Shown piece by piece: positions 54,792-64,000 of a stretch of DNA of 64,000 bases. How positions within the stretch are numbered: position 1 is the stretch's first letter; each line of letters begins with the position of its first letter. This DNA comes from Planctomycetota bacterium (lineage in GTDB: Bacteria > Planctomycetota > UBA1135 > GCA-002686595), in contig DASCMO010000144.1 in the NCBI GenBank assembly GCA_036010965.1, forward strand, positions 1,272 through 65,271, written 5' to 3'. The position numbers and the translations under genes are program-made. The notes under the pieces are model-generated. The model was not told the DNA's origin, searched no databases, and worked only from the letters and a program-made list of their open reading frames with translations.

Positions 54792-55418
54792 TCAGTCGTC
54801 CTCGGCGCGGCTGCGTAGGACGAGGGCGACGAGCTCGGCCACGGAGTCGACGCCCAGCTTCTTCATGGCGTTCAGGCGACGGGCGTCGATCGCCTGGGAG
54901 GAGACCGAGAGCTTGTAGGCGATCTGCTTGTTGGAGTGGCCGGCGAGGAGCAGATCGACGACCTGCAGCTCGCGTGGCGTGAGGCGTGCGAGGACCATCT
55001 CGCGCTTCTCTCGCCGGGCCTGGCTCACGCGCCTCGAAGCGTCTGCTTTCAAGGCGACCTGCACGCGGTCGAGCAGGCGCTGCGGACTGAGGGGCTTCTC
55101 CAGGAAGTCCATCGCTCCCTTCTGGAGCGCCTCGACAGCCATCGAGACCTCGCCGAAGCCCGTCATGAACAGGATCGGAATCTCGATCCCGCGCGCGGCG
55201 AGCTCGTCCTGAAGCACGCGCCCGCCCATCCCCGGCATGCGCACGTCTAGCAACAGGCAGCCCGGCGAGTCAGGCACGAACTCTTCGAGGAAATGCTCCG
55301 CGTTTTCGAATCCGGCGTGAGCGATCCCGACCTCGTCGAGGAGGCGTTCGATCAAGCGCCGGATACGGTCGTCGTCGTCGACGATGAAAACAGTCGGGAC
55401 ATCCGTGGGTTCGTTCAT
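54792..55418 (-). CDS. Response regulator, FixJ/NarL (LuxR-type HTH) family
   Basis: REC segment (VFIVDDD...LLLDVRMPGMGG...EKPL) followed by LTPRELQVVDLLLAGHSNKQIAYKLSVSSQAIDARR. Confidence 0.92.
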   Translation of the reverse strand: MNEPTDVPTVFIVDDDDRIRRLIERLLDEVGIAHAGFENAEHFLEEFVPDSPGCLLLDVRMPGMGGRVLQDELAARGIEIPILFMTGFGEVSMAVEALQKGAMDFLEKPLSPQRLLDRVQVALKADASRRVSQARREKREMVLARLTPRELQVVDLLLAGHSNKQIAYKLSVSSQAIDARRLNAMKKLGVDSVAELVALVLRSRAEDD

Positions 55419-55734
55419 GCAGTCGATGCGAGGTGTCGGAACTCAAGAGTTCGAGGCTCGTAGTGTAGGTCGTGGCGAGGTGAGAGTCGTCATCCCTGCT
55501 CCCGCCACGATATCGAAAACGCCGACCAACCCGGGAAGAGGGTCTGCGCCTACGCCTCTCCACTTGAACCAGCCTGGTGGGGGAGCACGACGTTGTTTTT
55601 TCCAATGTCGGGTTGGAGAGCGTCAATCTTGCCGTGCGGGTCGGTCGTGCGATGCTTAGGAGAGCGACCTGACCCATGTCGTGAGAGTAACCCCGAGCAC
55701 AACCTATAGGCCCCTAGCCAAGAGACTTCCCAGC

Positions 55735-56946
55735 ATGGCCCACGATTCCTCCACGAGTACATCCGGACGCTTCGGAGACGACTGTACGGATCGGAACGCG
55801 GCGCCTTGGGGTATGCCCCCCGTGGCGGAGCTCTCGAATCCAGTCATGGTGCTCGACCGAGTAGGGCGGGTTTGCTCCTGGAATCCGGCCATGGAGTCCC
55901 TCACTCAGGTATCGGCCGAGGAGATCCTTGGCGAGCACCTTCCCGACAGCCTCCTGAGCGAGGAGCATCGCGTCCAGGCACGAGGCACATTCGCGCGGGC
56001 GATCAGCGGCGAACAGACGGAGCCGATCAAGCTGGTACTCGTCACTGGGAGCGGCGCGGAGAAGGTGCTCGTCGCCTGGCCGACCCACGCCCGTGCTGAT
56101 TCCGGAGAGGTCACAGCCACTGCTCTGGTCGGCATCGATACGACGGGCATGCGGGAGGAAGCGGACCTGGATGGCGGGGTGCATTCTCGGACCTTCAGTC
56201 ACTTCTCGCACGGTGTCGCGCACCGCTTCAACAACCTGTTGATGGTGATCCACGGAAACTTGCAGCTCGTGCGCAGCTTCAAGAGCGACCACCTGGACGA
56301 GGACACCATGGAGATCGTCCAGGATGCACTGACGGCCGCCGAGGATGGCACTGAGCTGGTCCGGGGCCTGCTCGGTATCTCGTCCAACGAACCCCGAGAC
56401 CCCCAGGTCCTCGATATCAATTCGGTCGTCACGGAGTTTGTCGATGTGGTTGGGAGCGGGCTCCCGGCGCACACGGAGTTCGTCGTCCGCGTCGAGGGGG
56501 ACGCGGAGGTCGAGATCGAGTACTCACAGTTCAAGTCGGCGCTCCTGCACCTGGTCCTGAACGCACGCGAGTCCATGCCTGGAGGAGGATCCCTATCGCT
56601 CAAGGTGGCGGTCGTACATGTGACGGGCGACCGCTGCCAGGAACTGGGAGGCCTCTCCTCTGGTCATTACGCCCTGATCGAGATCAGGGATACTGGCCAC
56701 GGCATCGCGCCCTCGGACTTCCACAAGGTTCGGGAGCCCTTCTTCACCACAAGATCGAAGTCGAGAAGCCTGGGCCTGGGCCTGACTTTCGTTGACGACT
56801 TCGCTCGACGAGCTCACGGCAGCTTGACCATCGAATCGAGCCTCGGAGTCGGTACGAAGGTCATCCTGGCTTTGCCCAGTATCGATCCCCAAACCCCTCA
56901 ACCTGTTCAATCTCCCCGCCGATCAACGGCACATCCCTGCAAATGA
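55735..56946 (+). CDS. Soluble PAS-domain sensor histidine kinase
   Basis: ATG 55735; the track start GTG 55681 is also possible. PAS-like VMVLDRVGRVCSWNPAMESLTQVSAEEILG, H-box FSHGVAHRFNNLL, N box LVLNARESM and G boxes DTGHGI and GLGLTF. Confidence 0.88.
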   Translation: MAHDSSTSTSGRFGDDCTDRNAAPWGMPPVAELSNPVMVLDRVGRVCSWNPAMESLTQVSAEEILGEHLPDSLLSEEHRVQARGTFARAISGEQTEPIKLVLVTGSGAEKVLVAWPTHARADSGEVTATALVGIDTTGMREEADLDGGVHSRTFSHFSHGVAHRFNNLLMVIHGNLQLVRSFKSDHLDEDTMEIVQDALTAAEDGTELVRGLLGISSNEPRDPQVLDINSVVTEFVDVVGSGLPAHTEFVVRVEGDAEVEIEYSQFKSALLHLVLNARESMPGGGSLSLKVAVVHVTGDRCQELGGLSSGHYALIEIRDTGHGIAPSDFHKVREPFFTTRSKSRSLGLGLTFVDDFARRAHGSLTIESSLGVGTKVILALPSIDPQTPQPVQSPRRSTAHPCK

Positions 56947-58214
56947 TCATGCAACACGACCCGACATCTACCAGGCGAGCGCTGGGGAGAGCGACCAGCC
57001 TCGCGTCTCTCCTGATTGTGGACGATGACCCGCGCATCTGCCGTCTGATCGGCAAGGTCGCCGATGAGATGGGCCTGTGCTCGGAGGCCCTGAGTGAGCC
57101 GGAGGATCTGCTCCAGCTGGACGCGTCCGGTCGCGATGGACTTGTCCTGCTCGACCTTGGCATGCCCGGGCTGGACGGCGTCGAAGTGCTCCGTCGCTTC
57201 GCCTCAGCCCACTGCGAGGCGCGCATCTGCCTGATCTCGGGAGCCGCCAAGGAAGTGCTCGAGTCCGCCAAGCAACTTGGGCTCGAGCTAGGTCTGGACA
57301 TGGCCGAGCCTCTCTCCAAACCCCTCGACTTGCGGACACTGCAGGACATCCTGAAGCCGTTGCAGGCCACCGGGTTCCACCGCAGCCCGACGGTCATCGA
57401 CCTGGCCTCGGCCCTCGACAAGGGCGAAATCGTTCCCCACTACCAGCCCAAGGTCGAGCTCGAGACTGGTCGGAGGGTCGGCTACGAGGTACTGGCTCGC
57501 TGGACGAGCGAGGAGTTCGGCGAGATCCCGCCAGCGATCTTCATCCCCATGGCCGAGGATGGAAAGCTGATGGAAACCCTGACTCGCACCCTCACCCGAC
57601 GCGCGTTCAGTGAGATCGGCGGCCACTGGAAGGACGCCAGCATCTGCATCAACCTCTCGCCAAGCCTGCTCGAGGACCTCCGCTATCCGGACCTGATGGA
57701 GAGCTGGGCATGCGAAGCTGGCGTATTCCCCTCACGCGTGACCTTTGAGATCACCGAGAGCGAAGCCATGCGCGACCCTAAGCGCTACATGGACATCTTG
57801 ATCCGGTTCCGCCTGAAGGGGTTCCACCTCTCGATCGATGACTTCGGGACCGGGTTCTCCTCGCTGGATCATCTCTATCGCCTGCCCTTCGAGGAGTTGA
57901 AGATCGACCGCACCTTCATCCGAGACCTCGCCGAGCGGGAAGAGGCGCGCGTCATCGTCCGGACCATGGTCGCCCTCGCTCAGGGCCTGGGGATGACCTC
58001 CGTGGCGGAGGGTGTCGAGGACTCGCAGACGGCCGAGATGCTGCGGGAGATGGGCTGTCGCCTGGCGCAGGGGTACCTCTACTCGCCCGCGCTGGGACTG
58101 GAATCGCTGAAGAGCTGGGAGGAGTTCCAGAGCTCGGTCTCCCCCAAGCAGGGGAACGTCGATGCTATGGGCGGGCCGCTCAGCGAGGGCGTGAGCCGGG
58201 CCAGGCCCGCGTGA
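56943..58214 (+). CDS. REC-EAL response regulator (c-di-GMP phosphodiesterase)
   Basis: ATG overlaps the kinase stop as ATGA. REC segment (LLIVDDD...LLDLGMPGLDG...SKPL). EAL domain with YEVLARW, INLS, EITES, DDFGTGFSS, LKID, AEGVE and QGY all present. Confidence 0.9.
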   Translation: MIMQHDPTSTRRALGRATSLASLLIVDDDPRICRLIGKVADEMGLCSEALSEPEDLLQLDASGRDGLVLLDLGMPGLDGVEVLRRFASAHCEARICLISGAAKEVLESAKQLGLELGLDMAEPLSKPLDLRTLQDILKPLQATGFHRSPTVIDLASALDKGEIVPHYQPKVELETGRRVGYEVLARWTSEEFGEIPPAIFIPMAEDGKLMETLTRTLTRRAFSEIGGHWKDASICINLSPSLLEDLRYPDLMESWACEAGVFPSRVTFEITESEAMRDPKRYMDILIRFRLKGFHLSIDDFGTGFSSLDHLYRLPFEELKIDRTFIRDLAEREEARVIVRTMVALAQGLGMTSVAEGVEDSQTAEMLREMGCRLAQGYLYSPALGLESLKSWEEFQSSVSPKQGNVDAMGGPLSEGVSRARPA

Positions 58215-58233
58215 GCGGGGAGGGATCATTGTG

Positions 58234-59127
58234 ATGTCCAACCCTGATGTTGCCAGTGCCCTCTCGTGCCACGAGCGCGTCGGTCCGATAGGAAGGTTGA
58301 TGATGAACACCAAGTTGAAGCGAGGGGTTGACAGTGATCGCAATGCGCCCGCGGTCCTGCTGGCCATGGAGACCGAAGAACTGTGGGCGATGTACCGGAG
58401 CCGCGGTCGAAGCGGCGACGAGTGCGGACAAGTCGCGGTCCGCAACGCACTGATCGAGAAGCACCTCCCGCTCGTGCGTATCATCGCCCTCAAGCTCCTC
58501 CAGGTCCTGCCTCGCTCGGTCGAGCTCGACGACCTCGTGAGTGCCGGCGTGTTTGGATTGATGGACACGATCCGGGGTTTCGATCCGGAGCGAGGGGTCC
58601 GCTTCAAGACCTATTGCAGCACTCGGATCAGGGGTGCCATCCTCGACCAGCTCCGGTCGGAGGACTGGGTCCCTCGCCTGGTGCGCATCAAGGCCGGGAG
58701 GATCTCGAAGAGGCTGGCCAAGCTGTCGAGCGAGTTCGGCCGCGAGCCCACCCACGCGGAGCTCGCGGACTCTCTAGGGATGGACCACTCTGAGCTGACG
58801 ACGGAGCTGGATGCGGCCCGGGCCCGGGCCATTCACCCGCTCTCCGACTTCTGGAACGAGGGCGAGGACGGGGAGCTCGCACCCTCGGAGGGGATCATGG
58901 AAGACCATGAGAGCGAGACCCCTCTCGATGGGCTGGCGCGGCGCGATGCTCTGCACGGCATCACCCGTTCCCTCTCCTGCAAGGAACGCTTCATCATCGA
59001 GCAGTATTACGAGATCGGTCATACCATGCGTGAGATCGGCGAAATGCTGTCCCTGACCGAGAGCCGCGTCTGTCAGATTCACTCCTCTGTAGTAAGTCGC
59101 CTGCGCCAGCTTAGAATGACCACCTGA
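58234..59127 (+). CDS. fliA: FliA/WhiG-type (sigma-28 family) sigma factor
   Basis: HLPLVRIIALKL...SVELDDLVSAGVFGLMDTIRGFDPERGVRFKTYCSTRIRGAILDQLRSEDWVPR parallels FliA regions 2-3. Region 4 is LSLTESRVCQIHSSVVSRLR. The start is uncertain (58231, 58234 or 58300). Confidence 0.82.
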   Translation: MSNPDVASALSCHERVGPIGRLMMNTKLKRGVDSDRNAPAVLLAMETEELWAMYRSRGRSGDECGQVAVRNALIEKHLPLVRIIALKLLQVLPRSVELDDLVSAGVFGLMDTIRGFDPERGVRFKTYCSTRIRGAILDQLRSEDWVPRLVRIKAGRISKRLAKLSSEFGREPTHAELADSLGMDHSELTTELDAARARAIHPLSDFWNEGEDGELAPSEGIMEDHESETPLDGLARRDALHGITRSLSCKERFIIEQYYEIGHTMREIGEMLSLTESRVCQIHSSVVSRLRQLRMTT

Positions 59128-59152
59128 TCGCGGCCGCGGCGGCCCGGCCGGC

Positions 59153-60289
59153 GTGGCGGCCAACGTTCCTGTGTGTGTATCCACCTTGTTCCTGATGTGC
59201 GCGGCCTGCGCCGCTCATGGCGACCCCGAAGTCGCCTGCATGGATGGGGTGCAGCCCGATCAGGACGACGGGATACTCGCCTTCGACGCCCCCTACACCT
59301 TCACCGGATGGAAGGAGGAGTTTGACGGCTGGTTGTTCGAGCGTCGGCCGGCGGCTGAACTGGCCGTGGACTTGAACACGCGGGTCGTGTACCGCCCCTT
59401 GAGAGGTCCCCCGGGCGTTCTGGGCTGGATCGGGCTCGACTACGTCGAGGAGCTCACCTTCGGGGACGGACGCTCCATCGGCACCCTGTTGCTGCAGCCG
59501 TTCCTCCTGCGCGCCGACGGCTTGCCCGGAACGCCGCCCATCTTCGACGGGCCCTACGACTGGCAGATCCAGTGGCGCTACGTGTCCTTGGACGTCACGC
59601 GCTGGGAGCACAGAGGCGTGTCCTGGCTCACCGGGCACTTCGAATTGCCCTTCGGACTCGACCGCCAGATCGACACGAACGGGACCCTGCGGCAGTACAC
59701 GAACGGACGCAACCTGGGATTGAAGACCGACTGGGGGACGAGCCTCCACGGTGAGAGAGCAGGCGTCGACTACCAGGTGGCGCTCACGCGCGGGAGCGGC
59801 AACGACTACCGGAGCAAGGACGGCAACTATGCCTTTACCCTGCGCGTCGGCAACTCGCTCGAGGAGAACTTCAGCTACGGCTTCTCCTTCATGGACGCTC
59901 AGGTACAGCCGGAGCCGCGGCGCGGCTCCTTGCCGGCCTTCCCCAAGCCCGACCGCACGCGCTTTGGCGCCGACTTTCGATGGCGCCGTCCCGGTTTCTC
60001 CCTGCTGGGCGAGGCGAGCTTCGGGACCGACGACGATGACGACGTCTGGTCCGCTCTCTTCGAGGTGAATGCCATCTCGAATGACGAGCGCGTGCTGACC
60101 TACGCCCAGCTGGTCGGCTACGGCTCCCGGGAGCCCTCGGGATGGCAGGATCGCCAGTCCTTGAACCTCGGCGTCAGCCACGATCTGGGCTCGAGCGCCA
60201 CGATCGGTTTACAGTGGTCACGGGACATCGCCGTGCCCGGCGCCAGCGAAGGCAACGCCCTCGCCATCCAGTGGAGGTACCGATTCTAA
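59153..60289 (+). CDS. Outer-membrane beta-barrel (porin-like) protein
   Basis: GTG start and signal-like VCVSTLFLMCAACAAHG. Alternating beta-strand pattern with a C-terminal ...NALAIQWRYRF ending in Phe. Confidence 0.6.
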   Translation: MAANVPVCVSTLFLMCAACAAHGDPEVACMDGVQPDQDDGILAFDAPYTFTGWKEEFDGWLFERRPAAELAVDLNTRVVYRPLRGPPGVLGWIGLDYVEELTFGDGRSIGTLLLQPFLLRADGLPGTPPIFDGPYDWQIQWRYVSLDVTRWEHRGVSWLTGHFELPFGLDRQIDTNGTLRQYTNGRNLGLKTDWGTSLHGERAGVDYQVALTRGSGNDYRSKDGNYAFTLRVGNSLEENFSYGFSFMDAQVQPEPRRGSLPAFPKPDRTRFGADFRWRRPGFSLLGEASFGTDDDDDVWSALFEVNAISNDERVLTYAQLVGYGSREPSGWQDRQSLNLGVSHDLGSSATIGLQWSRDIAVPGASEGNALAIQWRYRF

Positions 60290-60399
60290 CCGTCCGTTCA
60301 GAAGCTCCCTACCGCGACCGCGCCCTCCTCGTTACAAGGGAAGTAGATCGTCTCGCCTGGGGTCAACATGATTCGCTGGCCGGCGACCGCACACCTCCC

Positions 60400-61122
60400 A
60401 TGAACGCATTCAGAAAGATCGGTCTGGCGCTCCTCTGCGCCATTGCCTGCACGTCCCTCGCTGCTCCGGCTGACGCGTTCCAGCGCCCTGATCGCACGAA
60501 CCCGTTCTGCTCCTACCGGAGCTACAAGCACCTCCTGCCTCGCTTCGTGCCCGAGCGCGCGATCGAGGAGGTGCGCGTTTTTCCGGGGCGTATCGACGAG
60601 GCGCAGCGCCTGGCCATCAGCAGGGATCTCGACCTGGGGGTCGGTCGCAGCGAGTTTGGCCGTCACATGCTCTATGTACCCGTGGACTCACAGGGCGAGG
60701 CCCTCGGGCTGCTCAGGATCCACTCCGAGCCAGGTGATCACGGCCTGGTTTTCCTGGCGATCTTTCTGGATCACGAACTGCAGGTCCTCGACTTCGCGGT
60801 GATCCAGTATCGCGGCCGTGCGAAGGTCTGGATCGAGGAGAATCGTGACCTCAGGCGGCGCATGAAGGGCGCCGACGGGAAGACCCTTCGCAGCTGGCTC
60901 GATGGCGAAGGCCGCGTACTCAGCGCTGCTGGAATTCAGGCTCTCGGGCTCGAGGAGAGTGCCGCCGGTGAGCGTCGACTCGTCGTGCACCTGGTGAGGA
61001 TTGCCGCGAAGGCGATCGGAACCACGGAGGTGGCCTGGGGGGCGAGGATGCGAGCGCTGGGTTACCTCGCACCTTCATCACGTATGGAGGTTGAGGTGGA
61101 TCCGCGACGCGAGGAAGGGTGA
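60400..61122 (+). CDS. Secreted/periplasmic protein, unknown function
   Basis: Track ORF 60142..61122 trimmed to ATG 60400. Signal peptide MNAFRKIGLALLCAIACTSLAAPADA. Its stop overlaps the next start as GTGA. Confidence 0.6.
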   Translation: MNAFRKIGLALLCAIACTSLAAPADAFQRPDRTNPFCSYRSYKHLLPRFVPERAIEEVRVFPGRIDEAQRLAISRDLDLGVGRSEFGRHMLYVPVDSQGEALGLLRIHSEPGDHGLVFLAIFLDHELQVLDFAVIQYRGRAKVWIEENRDLRRRMKGADGKTLRSWLDGEGRVLSAAGIQALGLEESAAGERRLVVHLVRIAAKAIGTTEVAWGARMRALGYLAPSSRMEVEVDPRREEG

Positions 61123-62795
61123 GCGAGCCGATTTCTTCCGGCAAGCGGTTCGCTGACACGACTCGTCCTCGAGGCGGCGATCAGCGTTCGTTTCGTTCGG
61201 CCATCCTGACGGTGGTGTTGACCTGTAGCGCCCTGGGAGTCGGCCTGACCGCCACCCATTACTGGCACTACACCAGATTGCGGAGGATTGAGGAGAGTGG
61301 GCAAGCCAGCATCCGGGCCGTGGAACGCTGTCAGGCGCGGGTCTCACGCTCCACCAGCATCGTCCTGAACTCCCTGGACATCTTTCATCTCCCGGATACG
61401 ACGGGGATCACGAGCTACCACCTCGACGCGATCTTGATGAGCCAGGATTTCCTGCGACGCGAGTTGCAGGAGTCCATCGCCGCAGGAGGTCTGGTCATTG
61501 GGCTCGAGAGCATTAGGCCCTCAGGGCAGGAGTTGATCGATCGTGCGGAGGAGCACCTGGTGCTGCTCGAGACAGTAGACGCCCTGATCGGCAAGATATC
61601 GGTCATCGATCGGCGAGCGAGCGAAGAGGGCGGCGACTCCGAGGATGGGGAGCAAGCGCGGGCCCTGGCCGACGAGTTGGTGGAGGCCATGGAGGCTAGC
61701 GACGTCGCTGCCGCGGACCTATCGGCGGGGCTCGGGACCCTCATGGCGCGCCGCAAGTCGCGCCAGGTCACCCTCGCAAGTCTGACCTTCGTGCTCTACG
61801 CGGTCCTGGTCATCTACCTCCTGGTCTGGTGCGCGCGTGCGATCGCGGGGCCGGTCGAGCGCCTCGAGAGCGCCGTCGGGCAGGCGAGCGGGGGCGGAAC
61901 ACCGGACTTCGAGTTCTCGAGCTTTCGTGAGATTGACTCTCTCAGGGATGCGCTTCTGTCGTTGATCGCCTTCAGGGATGCCAGAGAGCAAGAACTCGAG
62001 GAGCGAGTGCAAGTGAAGGTCGAAGAATTGAGACGCCGGGAGCAGGAGGTCCACCACCTGCAGCGGATCGAGCAGCTAGGTCAGCTCGCCGGTTCGATCG
62101 CTCACGACTTCCGGAACCTCCTGACGGTGATCATGGGGTACTCCGAACTGATCGAGCGGGGAAACCCCGACGAACAGGAGGTCTCGCAGAATATCTCGGA
62201 GGTGCTGCTCGCCTCCAGGCGCGCGACCGAACTCACGGAGAAGCTGCTCGCGTTCAGCCGACACGATCTGGAAGTGGTCGCAGGCCCGCTAGTTGTCCAG
62301 GACTGGTTCGACGAGTGCATCGTGCTGCTTTCGCCCTTCGCCGGTGTGGGGGGCGAGGCCCTGCAGTTCGCGTGTGAACCCGGACTGCCCGATTTGTTGC
62401 TCTCGCGAGTTTTCCTCGACCAGATCGTCCTCAATCTGGTCAGCAATGCGCGCGACTCGCTGCCTGAAGAGAACGGACTAGTACGCGTCTGCGTCATGGC
62501 CCACGATCTGGAACAGCACGGCGCTGTTCCGCACGCTCTTGAGAGAGCGGATACCGTGATGGTCTTGGAGGTGAGCGACAACGGATCCGGTATTCCCGAG
62601 GACGTGCAACCCAGGATCTTCGAGCCGTACTTCACCACAAAGGAGCGCGGGCGCGGGACGGGCTTCGGGTTGGCGATCGTGCGGGAGATTGTCGAGCGTG
62701 CAGGTGGCGAGATAGTTCTCAGTAACGCATCCAGAGGCGAGACGACCTTCCGCGTGTTGCTTCCGGGCCTGGCTCGAGTCGAAGGCGGCGCCTGA
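61119..62795 (+). CDS. Membrane sensor histidine kinase (two TM, periplasmic loop, HAMP-like linker)
   Basis: TM1 AILTVVLTCSALGVGL and TM2 LASLTFVLYAVLVIYLLVW. H-box GSIAHDFRNLLTVI, N box LNLVSNARDS and G boxes DNGSGI and GFGLAI. Confidence 0.9.
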   Translation: MSEPISSGKRFADTTRPRGGDQRSFRSAILTVVLTCSALGVGLTATHYWHYTRLRRIEESGQASIRAVERCQARVSRSTSIVLNSLDIFHLPDTTGITSYHLDAILMSQDFLRRELQESIAAGGLVIGLESIRPSGQELIDRAEEHLVLLETVDALIGKISVIDRRASEEGGDSEDGEQARALADELVEAMEASDVAAADLSAGLGTLMARRKSRQVTLASLTFVLYAVLVIYLLVWCARAIAGPVERLESAVGQASGGGTPDFEFSSFREIDSLRDALLSLIAFRDAREQELEERVQVKVEELRRREQEVHHLQRIEQLGQLAGSIAHDFRNLLTVIMGYSELIERGNPDEQEVSQNISEVLLASRRATELTEKLLAFSRHDLEVVAGPLVVQDWFDECIVLLSPFAGVGGEALQFACEPGLPDLLLSRVFLDQIVLNLVSNARDSLPEENGLVRVCVMAHDLEQHGAVPHALERADTVMVLEVSDNGSGIPEDVQPRIFEPYFTTKERGRGTGFGLAIVREIVERAGGEIVLSNASRGETTFRVLLPGLARVEGGA

Positions 62796-63180
62796 GGCCT
62801 TCTCGATCGCGGCCCTGCGTGGGGATTGCGGGTATTGAGCGTCGGGCATGCCCTTGACGTTGGATCTTCCAATCTCGGTCTGATCGAGGACAAGTGGTCG
62901 GCACCTTGGGAATGATGAGAATGGGATCTATGGGAGTTGATGTTCCTTTACTCCGGCTGACCGGCGGGATCGGGATTTCCTCAGAAGCCATGTTCCGAAC
63001 TCCGCTCAGTTCAGGCCCGCGTGCGGAGGACGGGAAGGCGATTTTGGCCATGACCCAAGAGTTCACCAAGACAGCTAGGGCCTCGCAGAGGCGCCACGCT
63101 CTCTCAGCGCGCAGTAGTCGGCTGGACCCTCGCGCTCCGGAGTACGGCCTGTCACGAAGCCAAGGAAGACACAGACCTCG

Positions 63181-64000
63181 ATGAGCAAACTTAGCAGTCA
63201 CTCTTCAGAAGACGCCCGACTCGTAGCCCTCGAGCAGACGGGATTGCTGGACACAGGTGACGAAAACGTATTCGATGAGCAAATCCGTCTGCTGGCAAAC
63301 GTGTTCGAGCGTCCGATCGCGGCGCTCGCCCTCGTAGATTGCGATCGCATCTACTTGAAGTCGAGGACCGGCATTGAAGCACGCGAGCTCGAGCGCGACG
63401 GGTCCTTTTGTGGCGTTGTCGTCAGCGAGCGCAAGACGCTCGTTGTTGAGGACGCGCTCAGCGACTCGCGTTTCAACCAATCCGGCCTCGTCAAGGACGG
63501 CGGAGTCCGTTTCTACGTCGGGGAGCCGATCGAAGTGTACCCCGGGTGTTGTATCGGATCGCTGTGTGTCCTCGACACGGAGCCGGGTGAAGCGACGCCG
63601 CTCATGATAAAGGCAATCAAGAGCATGAGTGCCCAGGTCGGACACCTGATAGCGCTGCGGCGCGAGTTGATGCTGAAGGACCGCATCCAGACCGAGACGC
63701 TCCTGGCTGCCGGTACATTGCACGAGGTCAAGAACTCACTGACTCCGGCCATCACCTACATGGAACTGCTGGTGGATCAAGAGGCTCAGGGCCGATCAAT
63801 GAAGAGCAGGGAGGAGTGGATCAGGCGCGCGTCGTTCGCGCTCAACGAGGCGGTCGAAACGTTGCGCAATGTGCGATTCGATGGCCCCGATGTGGAGGAG
63901 ACGAAGGTCGGTGCCCAGAGCCAGCTCTCCGAAGTCATCACGCCCATCTTGCGTCAGACGTCTCATGCGGCAACCGACGCCGGCGTCACCTTCCGGAGGT
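63181..64000 (+). CDS. GAF-domain sensor histidine kinase, N-terminal part; runs off the window
   Basis: Own translation from ATG 63181: MSKLSSHSSEDARLVALEQTGLLDTGDENVFDEQIRLLANVF...FCGVVVSERKTLVVEDALSDSRF...FYVGEPI (GAF). This is followed by the H-box LAAGTLHEVKNSLTP. The frame is open to 64000, so it is absent from the ORF track. Confidence 0.8.
   Translation, partial: MSKLSSHSSEDARLVALEQTGLLDTGDENVFDEQIRLLANVFERPIAALALVDCDRIYLKSRTGIEARELERDGSFCGVVVSERKTLVVEDALSDSRFNQSGLVKDGGVRFYVGEPIEVYPGCCIGSLCVLDTEPGEATPLMIKAIKSMSAQVGHLIALRRELMLKDRIQTETLLAAGTLHEVKNSLTPAITYMELLVDQEAQGRSMKSREEWIRRASFALNEAVETLRNVRFDGPDVEETKVGAQSQLSEVITPILRQTSHAATDAGVTFRR

Noticed and set aside
62719-63201. ORFs 62719..63201 (-) and 62894..63184 (+) in the AT-richer spacer.
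   Set aside because: They are mutually overlapping antisense frames with atypical composition for this genome (Met/Arg/Ser-rich) and no motifs. The region is treated as non-coding.

Overview
GC-rich bacterial chromosomal segment. I call 52 protein-coding genes (two run off the window edges) and one tRNA-Phe, and found no rRNA, CRISPR array, integrase, transposase or prophage. Gene content suggests a Planctomycetota/PVC-like organism; this is inference from motifs only. It includes a PVC-type CxxCH dehydrogenase with a DUF1080 tail, membrane-anchored prenyltransferase-like toroid proteins, HDOD/GGDEF/EAL signalling and many GTGA/ATGA start-stop overlaps. Housekeeping genes include split transketolase, folE, ribF, def, rpsT, arfB, rnc, mfd, fhs and a lipA-BCKDH-lipB operon. 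The observations most worth follow-up are listed here. (1) A structured intergenic element of about 120-165 nt occurs in two same-orientation copies, after rpsT and inside the 2-oxoacid dehydrogenase operon. (2) An orphan second E1-alpha paralog lies between E2 and E3. (3) A Cys-containing C-terminal domain of about 130-150 aa is shared by two otherwise unrelated secreted proteins. (4) A signalling island carries a FliA-type sigma factor between an EAL phosphodiesterase and an outer-membrane barrel. (5) tRNA-Phe ends 4 nt before an ORF start. (6) A di-haem peroxidase is fused to a beta-helix domain. All domain calls come from motif recognition by eye; no database search was run. The many long Arg/Gly/Ala/Pro-rich ORFs antisense to real genes were treated as GC-driven shadow ORFs.
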